Assembly (NCBI GenBank): GCA_025603075.1
Contig: MU626314.1
Span: forward strand, 1-64,000
Reading direction: 5' to 3'
Source: Neoconidiobolus thromboides FSU 785
Lineage: Eukaryota; Fungi; Entomophthoromycota
DNA length: 64,000 nucleotides
In this document: one piece after another, positions 11,828 to 23,654 of the stretch
Layout of the letters: each line of letters begins with the position of its first letter
How positions within the stretch are numbered: the first letter of the stretch is position 1
The notes under the pieces: generated by a model
What the model was told of the DNA's origin: nothing
Databases searched by the model: none
Seen by the model: the letters and a program-made list of their open reading frames with translations, nothing else
Made by a program: the position numbers and the translations under genes

Positions 11828-12089
11828 GGCAATACTACTGTAAAATCTGTAAAATATTATCAAAAAGATTTACTGGCTATACTAAAGGTACAATATCAGG
11901 GAACAATTCAATTAAAGAGTCTCAAGTTATGTTGAAGAATCTCTTTTATACTCCAGCAAGTATGGATATCAAAATGAGAGGATAGTATTCTTTGCGATGT
12001 GAAGTTAGAAGTTCTCACAGTAAATCAAAATCAAAGGTTCAGGATCAATTGTGTCTGGACTCAAGAACATAACGACTTAAGTGACTATT
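11828..12089 (+). mobile_element. Older, diverged fragment of the same LTR family abutting copy 2
   Basis: Shares ATATCAGGGAA, CTCTTTTATACTCC and ATATCAAAATGAGAGGATA with the 3' half of the LTR; both termini are missing. Confidence 0.7.
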
Positions 12090-12195
12090 ATATGGAGACC
12101 TATTTTTTTGTTTAAGAGCTTTACCAACAATTTTTCCACTCAAATAGCGCTTAAAAGATGGGAAAAGTGATGAAGCCAAAAAAACACCCCCATAT
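12090..12195 (+). mobile_element. MITE copy M4
   Basis: ATATGGAGA...ACACCCCCATAT; intact core TTTTTCCACTCAAATAGCGCTTAAAAGATGGGAAAAG. Confidence 0.8.
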
Positions 12196-13354
12196 AATCA
12201 ATCATGGAGCTAACAAATACAACTGGTAATAGTGCTATTTATTAGTTTTTGTTTTTTACTTTATCGTGAAATTGTTTAAACATTTAATAGAAATAATATA
12301 AAGCATATAATTAAAAAAATTAATTATTTAAAAAAACAATCAAAATAAATATTTTAATAAAAAATTAATTTCAAACTTTCTAAATTTAACTAGTCACATG
12401 TTATAGACTTACAAATTCAAAAACTTAAACTTTGGATTAATTTCTAGATAAATTCTGAAACCAATTAAGATATCCCCATATACTACTGTATGTTAAATAT
12501 AGCCAGTTTGTTTATTGACAATAGCAAGGATAAGCAATTTATAATCAGATAAACATTAGCAACTTTAATGTATTGCTAAATTTTATATTGATAGTAGGTT
12601 GTTTGAGATATAAAAAATATAAAAATAAAGGATATTATATATTTAGTTACAAACAAATTATCCTAAATAATATAAGGATGCACCACAGGCTCTATTTTAT
12701 AGGATGTTTAATCCCAATAGCTTATTGTTTATTATAGCTAGTAATAATAATTTGATGAAAAAACCTCTTAACTTGGATAATAATATGAACATTGGTATAA
12801 GCGTTACTGAATATAAAGGTATAGGATTAGGTAATAAATTGACTCTCTAGCGGATACATGGTAATATTCAAGACGGAAAAAAAGAAACCTCTTTATTTTA
12901 GTACATTTTATATGGCTCTTAAAAAGTTCTGGCATTATCAAGGAAAATATAAGCTAATATTTGAAATTAAATTAACTAGTAAATAACATTGAATACCACT
13001 ATCGGTAATTGAAGTATATAACTTTAGATAATAAATTTCTATTTTTTATTACAAATTTATTTTATCTTAATAAAAGCGCTTTTAATATAATCCCTTTTAA
13101 AATATATAAGTACCAATCATTAACAATATAGCTTTAAATTATCATGAATCGTAAAAGATATTCATATTCCATGTATATGTAAAATAAGATCCTATTAATT
13201 ACTCTGCATTTGGATTATAACTTAAATCAAGTAATGTTTTTGAACACTATTTACATTGCTCTAGAAAATTATACTCATTTTAATAAGCGGCTCAGTCAAA
13301 ATAGATTCAAATGAAAGATAGCTATTGAGCATGTAATAGATTATATGATGTAGC

Positions 13355-13459
13355 ATATTAGGGTGTTTTTTTAGTTTCATCATTTTTTCTATTTTTAAGC
13401 GCTATTTGAGTGGAAAAATTGTTAGTAAAATTCCTAAATAGAGAAATACATGCTCATAT
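13355..13459 (-). mobile_element. MITE copy M5 (reverse)
   Basis: Core AAGCGCTATTTGAGTGGAAAAATT; ATAT at both ends. Confidence 0.75.
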
Positions 13460-14277
13460 TTATTAGGTATTTTCGCATCTTTCATTTTAGGCAAAAAAAA
13501 GTGGCAGGCATATCATTAGCTACAATAAGAAATAAAATTTTATTTAATAGAGGGTTAATATTTAATGAATAGTCTTGGTTAATATTTTAAAACTTTTTAT
13601 TTAGTTAAAATAATAATATCAATTTAAATTTCATTTTTTTAATAATAAAATGCCATTTAGTTATTTCAAAAAGCTTCAAAAAAAAACGAAGCTATTAAAA
13701 ACAAATTACCGCTTTTTAGCCTATTTTATTTTTGTCTGGAATTCTTTTTAACTATAAATATCAAAGTTTAAATCAAGAATTAACTTTTGCTTCAACACTT
13801 TCCAGTATAAAAATGAAGTAGGTAACGTGTACTTGAATCTGAGGTTTAATTTCAACTAGATGGTAGTAAATCCACACTAAATAAAAAGATTGTTTTAGGA
13901 GTAATAGATATAAAGATGCATTACAGAGTTTATTTTGACGTGTTTGGCTCAAATGGCAAAGGAAACAAGCCAAGGGCCGGCTCAAGATCAAAAGAAAGTC
14001 TACGGAGGCCTCATATCAGGGGAATGCTAGTGCCACTTTGAATCATTCTATTCAGTAGTTTATGCATAATTTTTTTTACTATATTTTATTTAGTTTTATA
14101 GTACTGATGGTCTAGTAGAGGTGAACTGGTTTTAGGTTTTAGGATAAAATCAAGTATTAGGAAATAGGTAATACTACATAATGCTTTTGTAGTCTATCAA
14201 ATTAGATAGCATTAATATGACTTTTATTTCTTTTATTGCTATTTTGTTATTAATTAGAGTTTTTCTATTTTGATATA

Positions 14278-14650
14278 GGGCTTTTGTAATACCCTTTTTT
14301 ACTTCTAAAAATAACATGGAATATAAAATATAGCCATATTCATGCTCTAATTGTATTTCGTACAAAGCGTTCCTAGTTGTATTACTAAATTTTAAAAAAC
14401 AGTTCCAACAATAAAACAGCTAAATAAGAGTAGACTTACATAACATGGTCTTGATTATACGTTGTGGCTTCTTTCATTTAATATCTGTAGAAATACAATT
14501 GTAAAAGTTAATATTTAGATCTCATCATCAAGAAAAGGATAATTAGCTTTAAAAGAATAGAATTTAAGAATATACTTTATCCTTTGTAAAATGGGGACCC
14601 TTCCAATAAAAATAAGAGTGTTTTAATGTAAAAGATTGTGTCACTGAAAA
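14278..14650. repeat. Diverged direct repeat, copy 1 (decayed coding-like on the minus strand)
   Basis: Shares ATATAAAATATAGCCATA and AATAAAAATAAGAGT(G/A)TTTTAATGTAAAA with 15438-15878. Confidence 0.6.
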
Positions 14651-15437
14651 AATTAAAACGATGAATTGTTTCAGTACCTTTCAATATAAAATTAGAGTTA
14701 GTAAAATGTACTCAAAATCGAAATCTGAGTTCAGCTAACTAAAGATCTCTTAATTTGTTAAACTATTTTAGTATCAAAAGAAAGTTTTATATAAAACTCT
14801 AATAGTATAAAGGATTATTAAATATATTATTTGAATCTATCAAGTCAAGTCGATAATTAATAAGATAATTCTAAATATAATTGATATAGGTAATTAACCG
14901 AAATTATTTAATAAAGTATAACCAATATAAAACCAAAAAATATAAAAGGGAACACAACAGCAAACTTATAAAAATATAAACTATTCTAGAAATAACAAAA
15001 ATGAACACCTATAGAATACTTTATTCTTTAGTGTATTTAATTCTAGTAGCTTGTTCTTATTATGCCTTGTAATGACAGAATAACGAAACCCTATAGTTTA
15101 AGCAGCAGCTCAAATACCAGAAGAAGTAAACTAATTACCATCTCAGAACAAAGGAAATTCTTAGAAATCGCTAAAAATATCAGTTAGGATGCTAAAGATG
15201 TCATCAACTATTATATTGGGTAACTTCAATATAATATTGTAAATGTAGTTAGCTAATTTTTTGAAAATTAGTTAATGAACCAAAATGGAACTAACTTTGG
15301 AGCTCAAAAGCAATTTAATATCAACATCTAACATTAAGTAATGTTCTCATAATTTATAAACTAAATGGTTTTACATATAAAATTTATTTGAATATTTTCA
15401 TTTTTACCTTTAATTTAAAAAATATATATTTTGATGT

Positions 15438-15878
15438 AATGCTTTTACAATACTTTTATACTGCTTTTAGAGCAATCAATATAAAATATAGCCATACTTG
15501 TTTTATAAATATATACTATACAAAGTTTTTCTAATTACGTTAGATATGCTTTTACAAATATCAATATGGTCGAATTTCTTGTACGATGTTTTTTTATAAA
15601 CAATATAATCCTAATAATAGGTACTTCCCCTATAATAGACTTGAAAAACTTAAATAATATAGTAAGCGAAATGGTATAAGTAAAAGTCATGTATTTTTTT
15701 GATTTTCATAAGTGAAAGATTCTGATATAAAAATTGGTATATAAATCTTACCATTAGAATGAAACAAATGAATCTAATAAAATAGAGTTCTAAAAAAAAG
15801 CACCTTATCTTTTATAAAATGAAGATACTTCTAATAAAAATAAGAGTATTTTAATGTAAAAAGTCATCCTGTTGAAAA
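15438..15878. repeat. Diverged direct repeat, copy 2
   Basis: Collinear blocks matching 14278-14650; the minus-strand translation has in-frame stops. Confidence 0.6.
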
Positions 15879-16254
15879 ACCAAGGCAGCGGAGTTGGGTC
15901 AACACCTTTTAGTACGAGGTCAAGGCAAACGAAATATTAAATTTTGGACTCTGGTATCACCTGATTACAAATCTTGTGATTAATAAAAATATTTTATATT
16001 GAAAAAGACTTGTATACACTAATTAAATAAAGCATTAATTTATCCATTATTTAAATTTATTAAGCAGATCTATAATTAACAAAAAAATCCATCTATAGTT
16101 AATGAACATATTTAATAGAATCATTTAATTAATTAGTAATATTATAAAAAATAATAAACAAAGACTAGTCTGGAATGAAAAATATAAAAGCGGATGATAG
16201 CAAACCTACACTTAAAAAAGATAAAAAGTTATTCTGAGAATAACAAACTTCAAA

Positions 16255-16485
16255 ATGGTCTATAGGCTTTACCTTTTAGCATATTTGATTCCAATCGTTT
16301 CCTCTTATGTTATGAATTACAATGGTGGAATAGCTGAACCTAATGCTAATGGAGTCGATGAATTCTTTATAGCAGCTAGAAATTCAATTAGCAATCTAAG
16401 TGAGCCACAAGTTGCTTCTGATAAAAATTTCCCAAGTACTTATCTTAATGCTCTTGAGAATGCTAGAGCTACCTTTAATCATTAG
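16255..16485 (+). CDS. Small secreted protein, 76 aa, unknown function
   Basis: N-terminal hydrophobic signal-like MVYRLYLLAYLIPIVSS; CAAAATG start context; TATAAAAG about 70 bp upstream; codon composition is coding-like against an AT-rich background. Confidence 0.6.
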   Translation: MVYRLYLLAYLIPIVSSYVMNYNGGIAEPNANGVDEFFIAARNSISNLSEPQVASDKNFPSTYLNALENARATFNH

Positions 16486-18041
16486 ATTGAATGATATATA
16501 CATTATTGTATAATGTAGCAATTGGGTTTTTTAATAATCTAGTGGTAGAGTATGATATATTAACTTTAAAATTTGAAACGCTTTTTGATTTTAATAAATA
16601 ACAAATGTTGGATAATATCTTAATAGCTTGTAAAGTAGATTGTATTTAAGCCATAATTTTTGTTTTGCTGAATATTATTTTATTTGTGATTTGTATTGCT
16701 ATTAATTCCATAAGAAACACAAAATAAATACTTATTACTACAACCAAGGTTCGAACCTAAAAGAAATATCAAATGATGGTTATTATCCCAATATATTTGA
16801 CTATATAAATCTAATATTAAAACCAAATATCAAAAATAGTGTTAATTTTAATTATATAAAGTTAACACATTTAATAATAATAAACAGTTGATATAATAAT
16901 ATTTAATTGATCTTAAATAATTAATGGTGTAATGGAAACAAATTGACATTAAATAATGGACAATGAGAGCCTTCCTATTCTTTCTTTCAATAACATTAAG
17001 TTCAAGTTGTATTTAAAGTTAACATCTTAACTTTGATTGAATTCATATATTGATTGTCATGTACAATGTTGCTAATAAAAAAGATTGATTGTTAAATTTA
17101 AGTTTGACAAGTTTATTTTTATAATTATTAAAAACAAAAATAAGGCCAATATACATTTAAGTATAATAACAAATTTAATTTGAAAGCTGATAAATCGAAC
17201 AAAAATAATTTGTTAAAAATATGTAATTTTTAAATAATAGCAAAAATCGAATTAATACAAAAATATAAAAAATTTGATCAAAACAATTCAATAGAGTATT
17301 AATTTTGCTCAAAAAATGTCCAAGTTAATTTTTAAACAGACATACGACTTTCTAATTGGTTATTTCTTGAAACAGTGGGAGTACTAATTTTTAGTGAAAT
17401 TTAATTTAACTTATTAGGTTTTATATTTTCAAAATCTTGTTATAAAATGATGGGTTGAAAAAAAACAAATATTAAAATAATAATTCATAAAATTATATAG
17501 CTTTCGGGGATATAGTTATTTCATCGATAGAATCAAAAGTTTAGATCGGGTTGTACAAATAAAATGAAGATGCTAGGACCTTGAACAAAATTGAATGATC
17601 AAAGGTCTTTGAAAAAAATAGTGGCTTAAAATTGAATTTCCGTTAACCTACCAAAAAACAATGTGTCGAAAAAAATACTCTAGAAAAAGTATTGTGTCAA
17701 AAAAGGATGAATTTAATAGAGAAATTAAAGGCCAAGACCAATAATGTGGTTTATTTATAAAATAATCGACCATTTCTACAGGATAAATCACTAAATATGA
17801 AATCAAAGCTTAGTTGATGAAATTTTAACTTTTCCCCTGAAAACATTGACAAATTAAATATTGGTGTAAAAGTGATGTAGTCTATTCTATTGGAAAATTC
17901 TAAAATTTGTATAAAATTGCAATCCAAAATTTAAGAATAACCGAAATGAATAGATTTGGAATAAAAGGAAAAATAGATAGACCAAGAATTATCTTTATTT
18001 AAGAAAACAAATATCAATTAATTTATCTAATATACACAAAG

Positions 18042-19508
18042 ATGGCTTCCAATAATATAACCCCAACGATTGCTCCAGCTAATGAAATAAAAACTGAAGT
18101 AGCTACTTATGATGATAAAGATAATGGTGAACATGGAAAATTCAAATTCATCTTATCCTTGTTAAAGAAGGTGATTGGAGTGACGGATATTATTAGCATG
18201 TAAGTTTAACTACTACTAACTATTGGAAATAACCTGTAACTTTATTTAACAGGAGAATCTCATTACCTTCACAAGTCTTAGATCCCATTCCTAATTTAGA
18301 ATACTTCAACTGGTTAGATCGTCCTGATTATTTTGCTTGTATAAGTGAACCAGAAGATCCTAAAGAACGAATGTTGGCTGTATTAAGATATTCCTTTACA
18401 CGTTATTTGAAATATCATGTATGTTTTATTATCTACAATATCATAGATTATAACATCAGCTAATTTTACTTATCATTATAGGAAAATAAAATAGTGAAAC
18501 CATATAATTCTATCTTGGGCGAGTATTTTACTTGCAAATGGAATACCACTTCACCTATAAGTGGTAGAGAGATAACCATAAATATGTTAAATGAACAAAT
18601 ATCACATCATCCACCAGTCTCCGCTCTTTGGTATGAATGCCCAGAAACAGGGGTTGTTGCTCAAGGAAACGATCATATTACAGCTAAATTTACAGGTACT
18701 AGTAAGTGAGCTTTAGTATTTATTAGATTGCTTTTATATTGATTTCTTTTTACAAAATAGCTGTCAAAGTCATACCTGGTGAATTAGCAAGAGGTATTTA
18801 TATTACATTGAGAAATCGAGATAATGAAGAATATCATTTAACTCATGGTTCCGCTTATGTCCAAGGGTTTTTATCAGGTTCACTCGGAGTCGGCTTGGCT
18901 GATTCAGTAGTTATATCTTGTCCTGCAACTAAATTAAGAGCAGTTATTGAGTTTAAACCAGAGGTAAAAAGATATTATTATATTATTAAGAATGAGTGGA
19001 TATTGATATTTTAATCTATTTTTAGAAATTTTTTGGTAAAAATAAATTTGGTGTAGATGGTGCTTTGTTTCAGTTCAATCCTACATTTACTACTAGTACT
19101 ACAGAGGCTGATCTCCCACCAAGTAATTTTAAATTAAGTGATATCTCAAAATCGGATCTCATCTGTAAAATAAATGGAAGTTGGAGGGATAAGATCTACC
19201 TCGAAACCTCAGCCAAAGAAAAAGAAATTTTAATTGATTTAAACGGGCTCAAACCATTACAAAAAATAATTAAACCCATGGAAGAAATGAGTGAATTGGA
19301 ATCTAGAAAAGTATGGAAGGAGGTTACAGACAATATTTTAATCAAAGAATTTTCAAAGGCTACTAAAGCTAAAGTACACATTGAAGATATTCAAAGAGAC
19401 AAAGCTAAAAAAAGGGGAGATACTCCTTGGGAACCTACTTTCTTTTATTCAAAAGAAGACGAGCAGCATAAACAGCATTTAAAACCTGGGGTTGATATTA
19501 ATTATTAA
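18042..19508 (+). CDS. Oxysterol-binding protein (short ORD-only Osh/ORP type), multi-exon
   Basis: Spliced reading gives MRISLPSQVLDP, KPYNSILGEYF and EQISHHPP (OSBP signatures); GT-AG introns. Confidence 0.9.
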
Positions 19509-20061
19509 AGAGGGGGTGGGGAATGGTACTATTTGTCTATAAGTAAATTAATTTTAGTATAATATAATATAATATATGTATATAATTTTAGATCTTTCGA
19601 TCTTTTTATTTTGAGTAATAAAAATAAGAACGTATATATGAAAATTAGTATTAAAATTTTATTTTTCTTTGTATTGATGTAATCTTATAATTCAACTTCT
19701 TTGTCTGTCTACATTTTAATAAAGTAATAGAATTAGTGGGTTTATCTGTTTTACTATATAAGCTCCTTTTATCTATCAATCACTTTAGCGAATAAATAAA
19801 ACTGTTTTATAAACTTATGTCATTATCTGATGATAAGATTTAAAGGATGAGATTAATACATTATACAGGTTTATTCACTTACTATATTAATAATATTGGA
19901 AACTTTCAAATCGCAATGGAAAACCAACTACTTTTAAAAAGTCCAGTTTTAAACTAAAGCTTAATTTTTAATAAACAAAAATATGAGAAAAATATATGAA
20001 ATATATTAAGCCAATGTAGTATACATAATAAGTTATGTTAAAAAGCGATAAGAAAAATACT

Positions 20062-20168
20062 ATATGAGGATGTATTTTTGTACTTAAGAATTTTACTAAA
20101 AATCTTTCCGCTCAAGTAGCACTTAAAAAATGGAAAAAGTAATGAAACCAAAAAAAACATCCCCATAT
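20062..20168 (+). mobile_element. MITE copy M6
   Basis: ATATGAGGATGTATTTTT...AAAAAAACATCCCCATAT terminal inverted repeats. Confidence 0.85.
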
Positions 20169-20582
20169 ATACTTATTTAAAATTTCAGAACTTCAATTCC
20201 TTTATTGTTTCTTTTCAATATTAGGTTTAATTTTATCAAAAATTGAATTTTAAGCTTTAGTTTAAAAAGCTGAAAATAGTCTTGGTTTTTTATGAATTTA
20301 AGCTAGCTTTTAAAATTGAGCTTTATCTACTGAAAACCCTTCAATATTGTTAGTTGAATTAAAACCAAACTTTGGAAGTAATTCATTTTTTTTAGTTTTA
20401 ATTTTCTACTATTTGTAAAAGATTTAATGCTTTGAAATAATAAATTGTCAATTACCTATAACTTAATTTATTTATTAATATCATTTATTAGTTTTACAAT
20501 AGAATAGAAATAATTATCAGAACTTAAATTAGAAAGTCATCTATATTTAAAAATAAAACCTAATAATTAAATATTATATAAA

Positions 20583-20689
20583 ATATGTGGGAGTGTTCTT
20601 TTTATTTCATTACTTTCTCTATTTTTGAGCGTTATTTAAGTAGGATAGCTGTTGGTAAAATTCTTAAACAAAAACATATATACCCATAT
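20583..20689 (-). mobile_element. MITE copy M7 (reverse)
   Basis: Reverse complement of the consensus, ATAT at both ends. Confidence 0.75.
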
Positions 20690-20690
20690 G

Positions 20691-21262
20691 ATATGGGTGT
20701 GAAATCTGGTACTCAGTGTTTGGAGTCAAAAACAGTTATTGCTTGGTTGACTACACTATAAGTCGAAAGGTCTTAGTTTATGTGACTAAGATAGACTTGG
20801 ATTATAAAGAATAGCACCTAATAGGCTATAGACTATATAAGACAAACATAATAGACAATACCAATGCAAAATCTACGTAAAATACTATTAAGAAAACTTA
20901 GTGGCTTTATTAAACGTTCGAGATATCAGGGAATAATTCAGTTAAAAAGTCTCAAGCCATTATGTTTTAGAATCTCTTTTATACTCCGATAAGTATAAAT
21001 ATCAAAACGAGAGGATAGTGTTCTTTGAGACGAAGATAGAAATTCCATTAACAAATCAGAATAAGAGCACGGGAATAATTGTCTCTATGATCGAGAACAC
21101 AACAGCTTAGGCGATTATTATGCTAAGTTAACCATGGGGTTGACCAAGCGATATTTCACAATGGGGATGTTTTTTTACGTCTAAGGATTTTACTAACAAT
21201 TTTCCACGCAAATAGCGCTTAGAAGATGGAAAAGTAATGAAGCCAAAAAAAAACCCCCAATA
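20691..21262 (+). mobile_element. MITE copy M8, split by the solo LTR at 20698-21160
   Basis: ATATGGG, then the LTR, then ATGGGGATG...AAACCCCC. Removing the LTR and one ATGGG restores a ~105-bp MITE. Confidence 0.8.
20698..21160 (+). mobile_element. Solo LTR copy 3 (463 bp) with 5-bp TSD ATGGG
   Basis: TGTGAAA...TTTCACA; ATGGG at 20693-20697 and at 21161-21165. Confidence 0.9.
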
Positions 21263-21525
21263 ATCATATTAATTTTTACCTATATTAAAGCTATAATTGA
21301 TAATAATGCTATTTGTTAGTTTTTGTTTCCTGTTTTCTTTAAGACATTAATTTTATACATTGTTTAATTAAATTTAATTTTAGATAGACTATATTTAATA
21401 ATGTTCTTTCAGCTGAATTTGAATTTAAGCTTGTGTTAAAGTTCTTATTATTACTATTATTATTTAAACATAAAATTAAAGCATCAATACATTTAATATT
21501 TTATTGAAAATTAAAATTACTTAAC

Positions 21526-21643
21526 ATATGGGGATGCATTTTTTTGTTTAAGAATTTCACTAAGAATTTTTTCGCTCAAACAGTACTTAAAAAATGGAAA
21601 AATTGCTAGTAAAATTCTTAAGCAAAAAGATACATCCACATAT
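21526..21643 (+). mobile_element. MITE copy M9 (rearranged, both ends are left-type)
   Basis: Left arm runs to TGGAAAAA, then the reverse complement of the left arm ending ACATCCACATAT. Confidence 0.75.
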
Positions 21644-22069
21644 ATTCTGACTGAAAGTCACTTTCAATAGTACAAAAAGCAAACTTTAATGATCAAGAGT
21701 CACTCCTAAGAAGCAAAAAGTTAATAAAAAAATATTAATCTAATAAAACAATTTTTTTTAACTAACTCCTTGTACTATTAACCTTCAATATTAAAATCAT
21801 TATAATAAGACAAACACTTTAATACTCAAGAATCACTAAAATTAACTTTTTTTGAATATTAAGTATAACCCATTTTAATAACCTAAGATTAGCCATAAGT
21901 AATGGATTTCCAACTATGTTGAGACTTTAATAACTAGCATTTTTATTTTAGATATATCAATTCGTTTCTTTCACTCACCAATAGTATCGTGACCAACTTG
22001 AGTATCTACTTATTACTAATTATACTCAAATTAATGAAAATAAACCTAAAAAGTAGAATAAATTTTAGA

Positions 22070-22176
22070 ATATAGGAATGTATTTTTGTGTTTAAGAATT
22101 TCATTAATAGCTTTTCCACTCAAATAGTGCTTAAAAAATGGAAAAAGTAATGAATTCAAAAAAAACACTCTCATAT
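22070..22176 (+). mobile_element. MITE copy M10
   Basis: ATATAGGAATG...ACACTCTCATAT; core TTTTCCACTCAAATAGTGCTTAAAAAATGGAAAAAG. Confidence 0.8.
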
Positions 22177-22342
22177 AATTAAAAATATAATGAATCAATT
22201 AATTGTATGGAATTTAAGCTGCAATCAGTAAGTACACATAAATTAACAATTAGATGAATATAAAAACACTTTTAAACCTTTATCACTTAATATATTCTTA
22301 TTCTGTGAATAACGTTCAACTTCGATATACGAATAAAGATCA

Positions 22343-23029
22343 ATGGTTCTGAAATTAATTTCACTAACTTTCCTACTTTCCACGATCTCCGCTTTATCTA
22401 TAATCCCTAATATTGGATCCATCTCCCTTCTCAATTCCTTGGAGACTTCATTACCAACTGATTTCTGTCGTCATACTCTATCCCATTATAACCCAAGTCT
22501 TGTGGCTTTAATATTCAATTTAACTTCTGGAGAATGTAACTCTTGTTTTAAAGTGACTAATAATAATGGGAAATCAATGTATGTGAGGGCTATAGGGAAA
22601 GCAGAGAGTGGTATTAAGGTGAGTGAGGAAGTGTTTGAAAAATTAGTTGATGGAAATGAATCAAAATTTCAAGTGAAATGGGAAAAAGCAAATGATAAGA
22701 AATGTAATATGATGGATAAAATAGGGGATGGAAGGAAGTATAAAAATCGTGGAATGAGAGAGAGGGCTAAGAATGAAGTTGATAATGATGGGAATGATGT
22801 GATTGTTGTTCATATTCAATCGAAATCATTGGTGAAGATTAAATATATGGGAATCGATGATAGTGAGAGTGCTGGTAAAGATAAGGATGATAAGGCTATG
22901 AAATTAGGACTTCGCAATAGTAAACCAGAAGAAGGAGATAATGAAAATAATTTGATTTATCAAGAGTTACCAAAAATTAGTGGCATTAGGAATACTCGAA
23001 TTGATATTAAATTCATATTTGATGAATAA
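22343..23029 (+). CDS. Secreted protein with a degenerate RlpA-like double-psi beta-barrel (expansin/loosenin-like) domain and charged tail, 228 aa
   Basis: Signal peptide; GECNSCFKVTNNNGKSMYV...SEEVFEKL...VKWEK pattern resembles DPBB, but the usual Asp residues are absent. Confidence 0.6.
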   Translation: MVLKLISLTFLLSTISALSIIPNIGSISLLNSLETSLPTDFCRHTLSHYNPSLVALIFNLTSGECNSCFKVTNNNGKSMYVRAIGKAESGIKVSEEVFEKLVDGNESKFQVKWEKANDKKCNMMDKIGDGRKYKNRGMRERAKNEVDNDGNDVIVVHIQSKSLVKIKYMGIDDSESAGKDKDDKAMKLGLRNSKPEEGDNENNLIYQELPKISGIRNTRIDIKFIFDE

Positions 23030-23654
23030 ATCTTTAATTAACAATATTATAAATGTTGAACATTTGTAATATTTGATTAATAAATACATTAGTGATTTAT
23101 AAACTGAGCAGTTATTGTTTTTATTTAATATTTAACCTTATTTTTATTATATCATATTATAAAAATATTAATTGTATATATTATATATATTATATTGTAT
23201 TCTATTCCATATATATACTTAATGATAAATTTTATTATTATTGTTTATATTATTATAATAAACATTAGTTTTTTGATAAAAAAATAAAAAAATATTAACA
23301 ATTATATTATATTTAAATGTTAAAACTATTAAATAATAAACTTGCCATAGCAATTTAATCATTATTATTAAGATAGTTTTAAGTGTACTATATTATTATT
23401 AAAATAAAAACAAAGCTCAATAGTCTTATATAAAATCAATATTCTCTCTATTTATAAATTTTGAATATTTTAGTTCAATTTCAATTTCAATTTCTCTAAA
23501 AACACGAAAATTTAATAGTGACTTTCTTTTATTGATTTTTCAACCAATTAACAAGTCCAATTGATTCAATTGTCGAAATTTTAAATTTTAAAATCTTAAT
23601 TCAAAAAAGATTCACTCTCTCTATTATTATCAACTATTAATTCTATATATTATA

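Noticed and set aside
13850-14045. GC-richer patch with an open frame (..HYRVYFDVFGSNGKGNKPRAGS..)
   Set aside because: No start, splice structure or family could be supported; probably a TE or gene relic.
16744-16760. GGTTCGAACC resembling a tRNA T-loop
   Set aside because: No 5-bp T stem, acceptor stem or D/anticodon arms on either strand.
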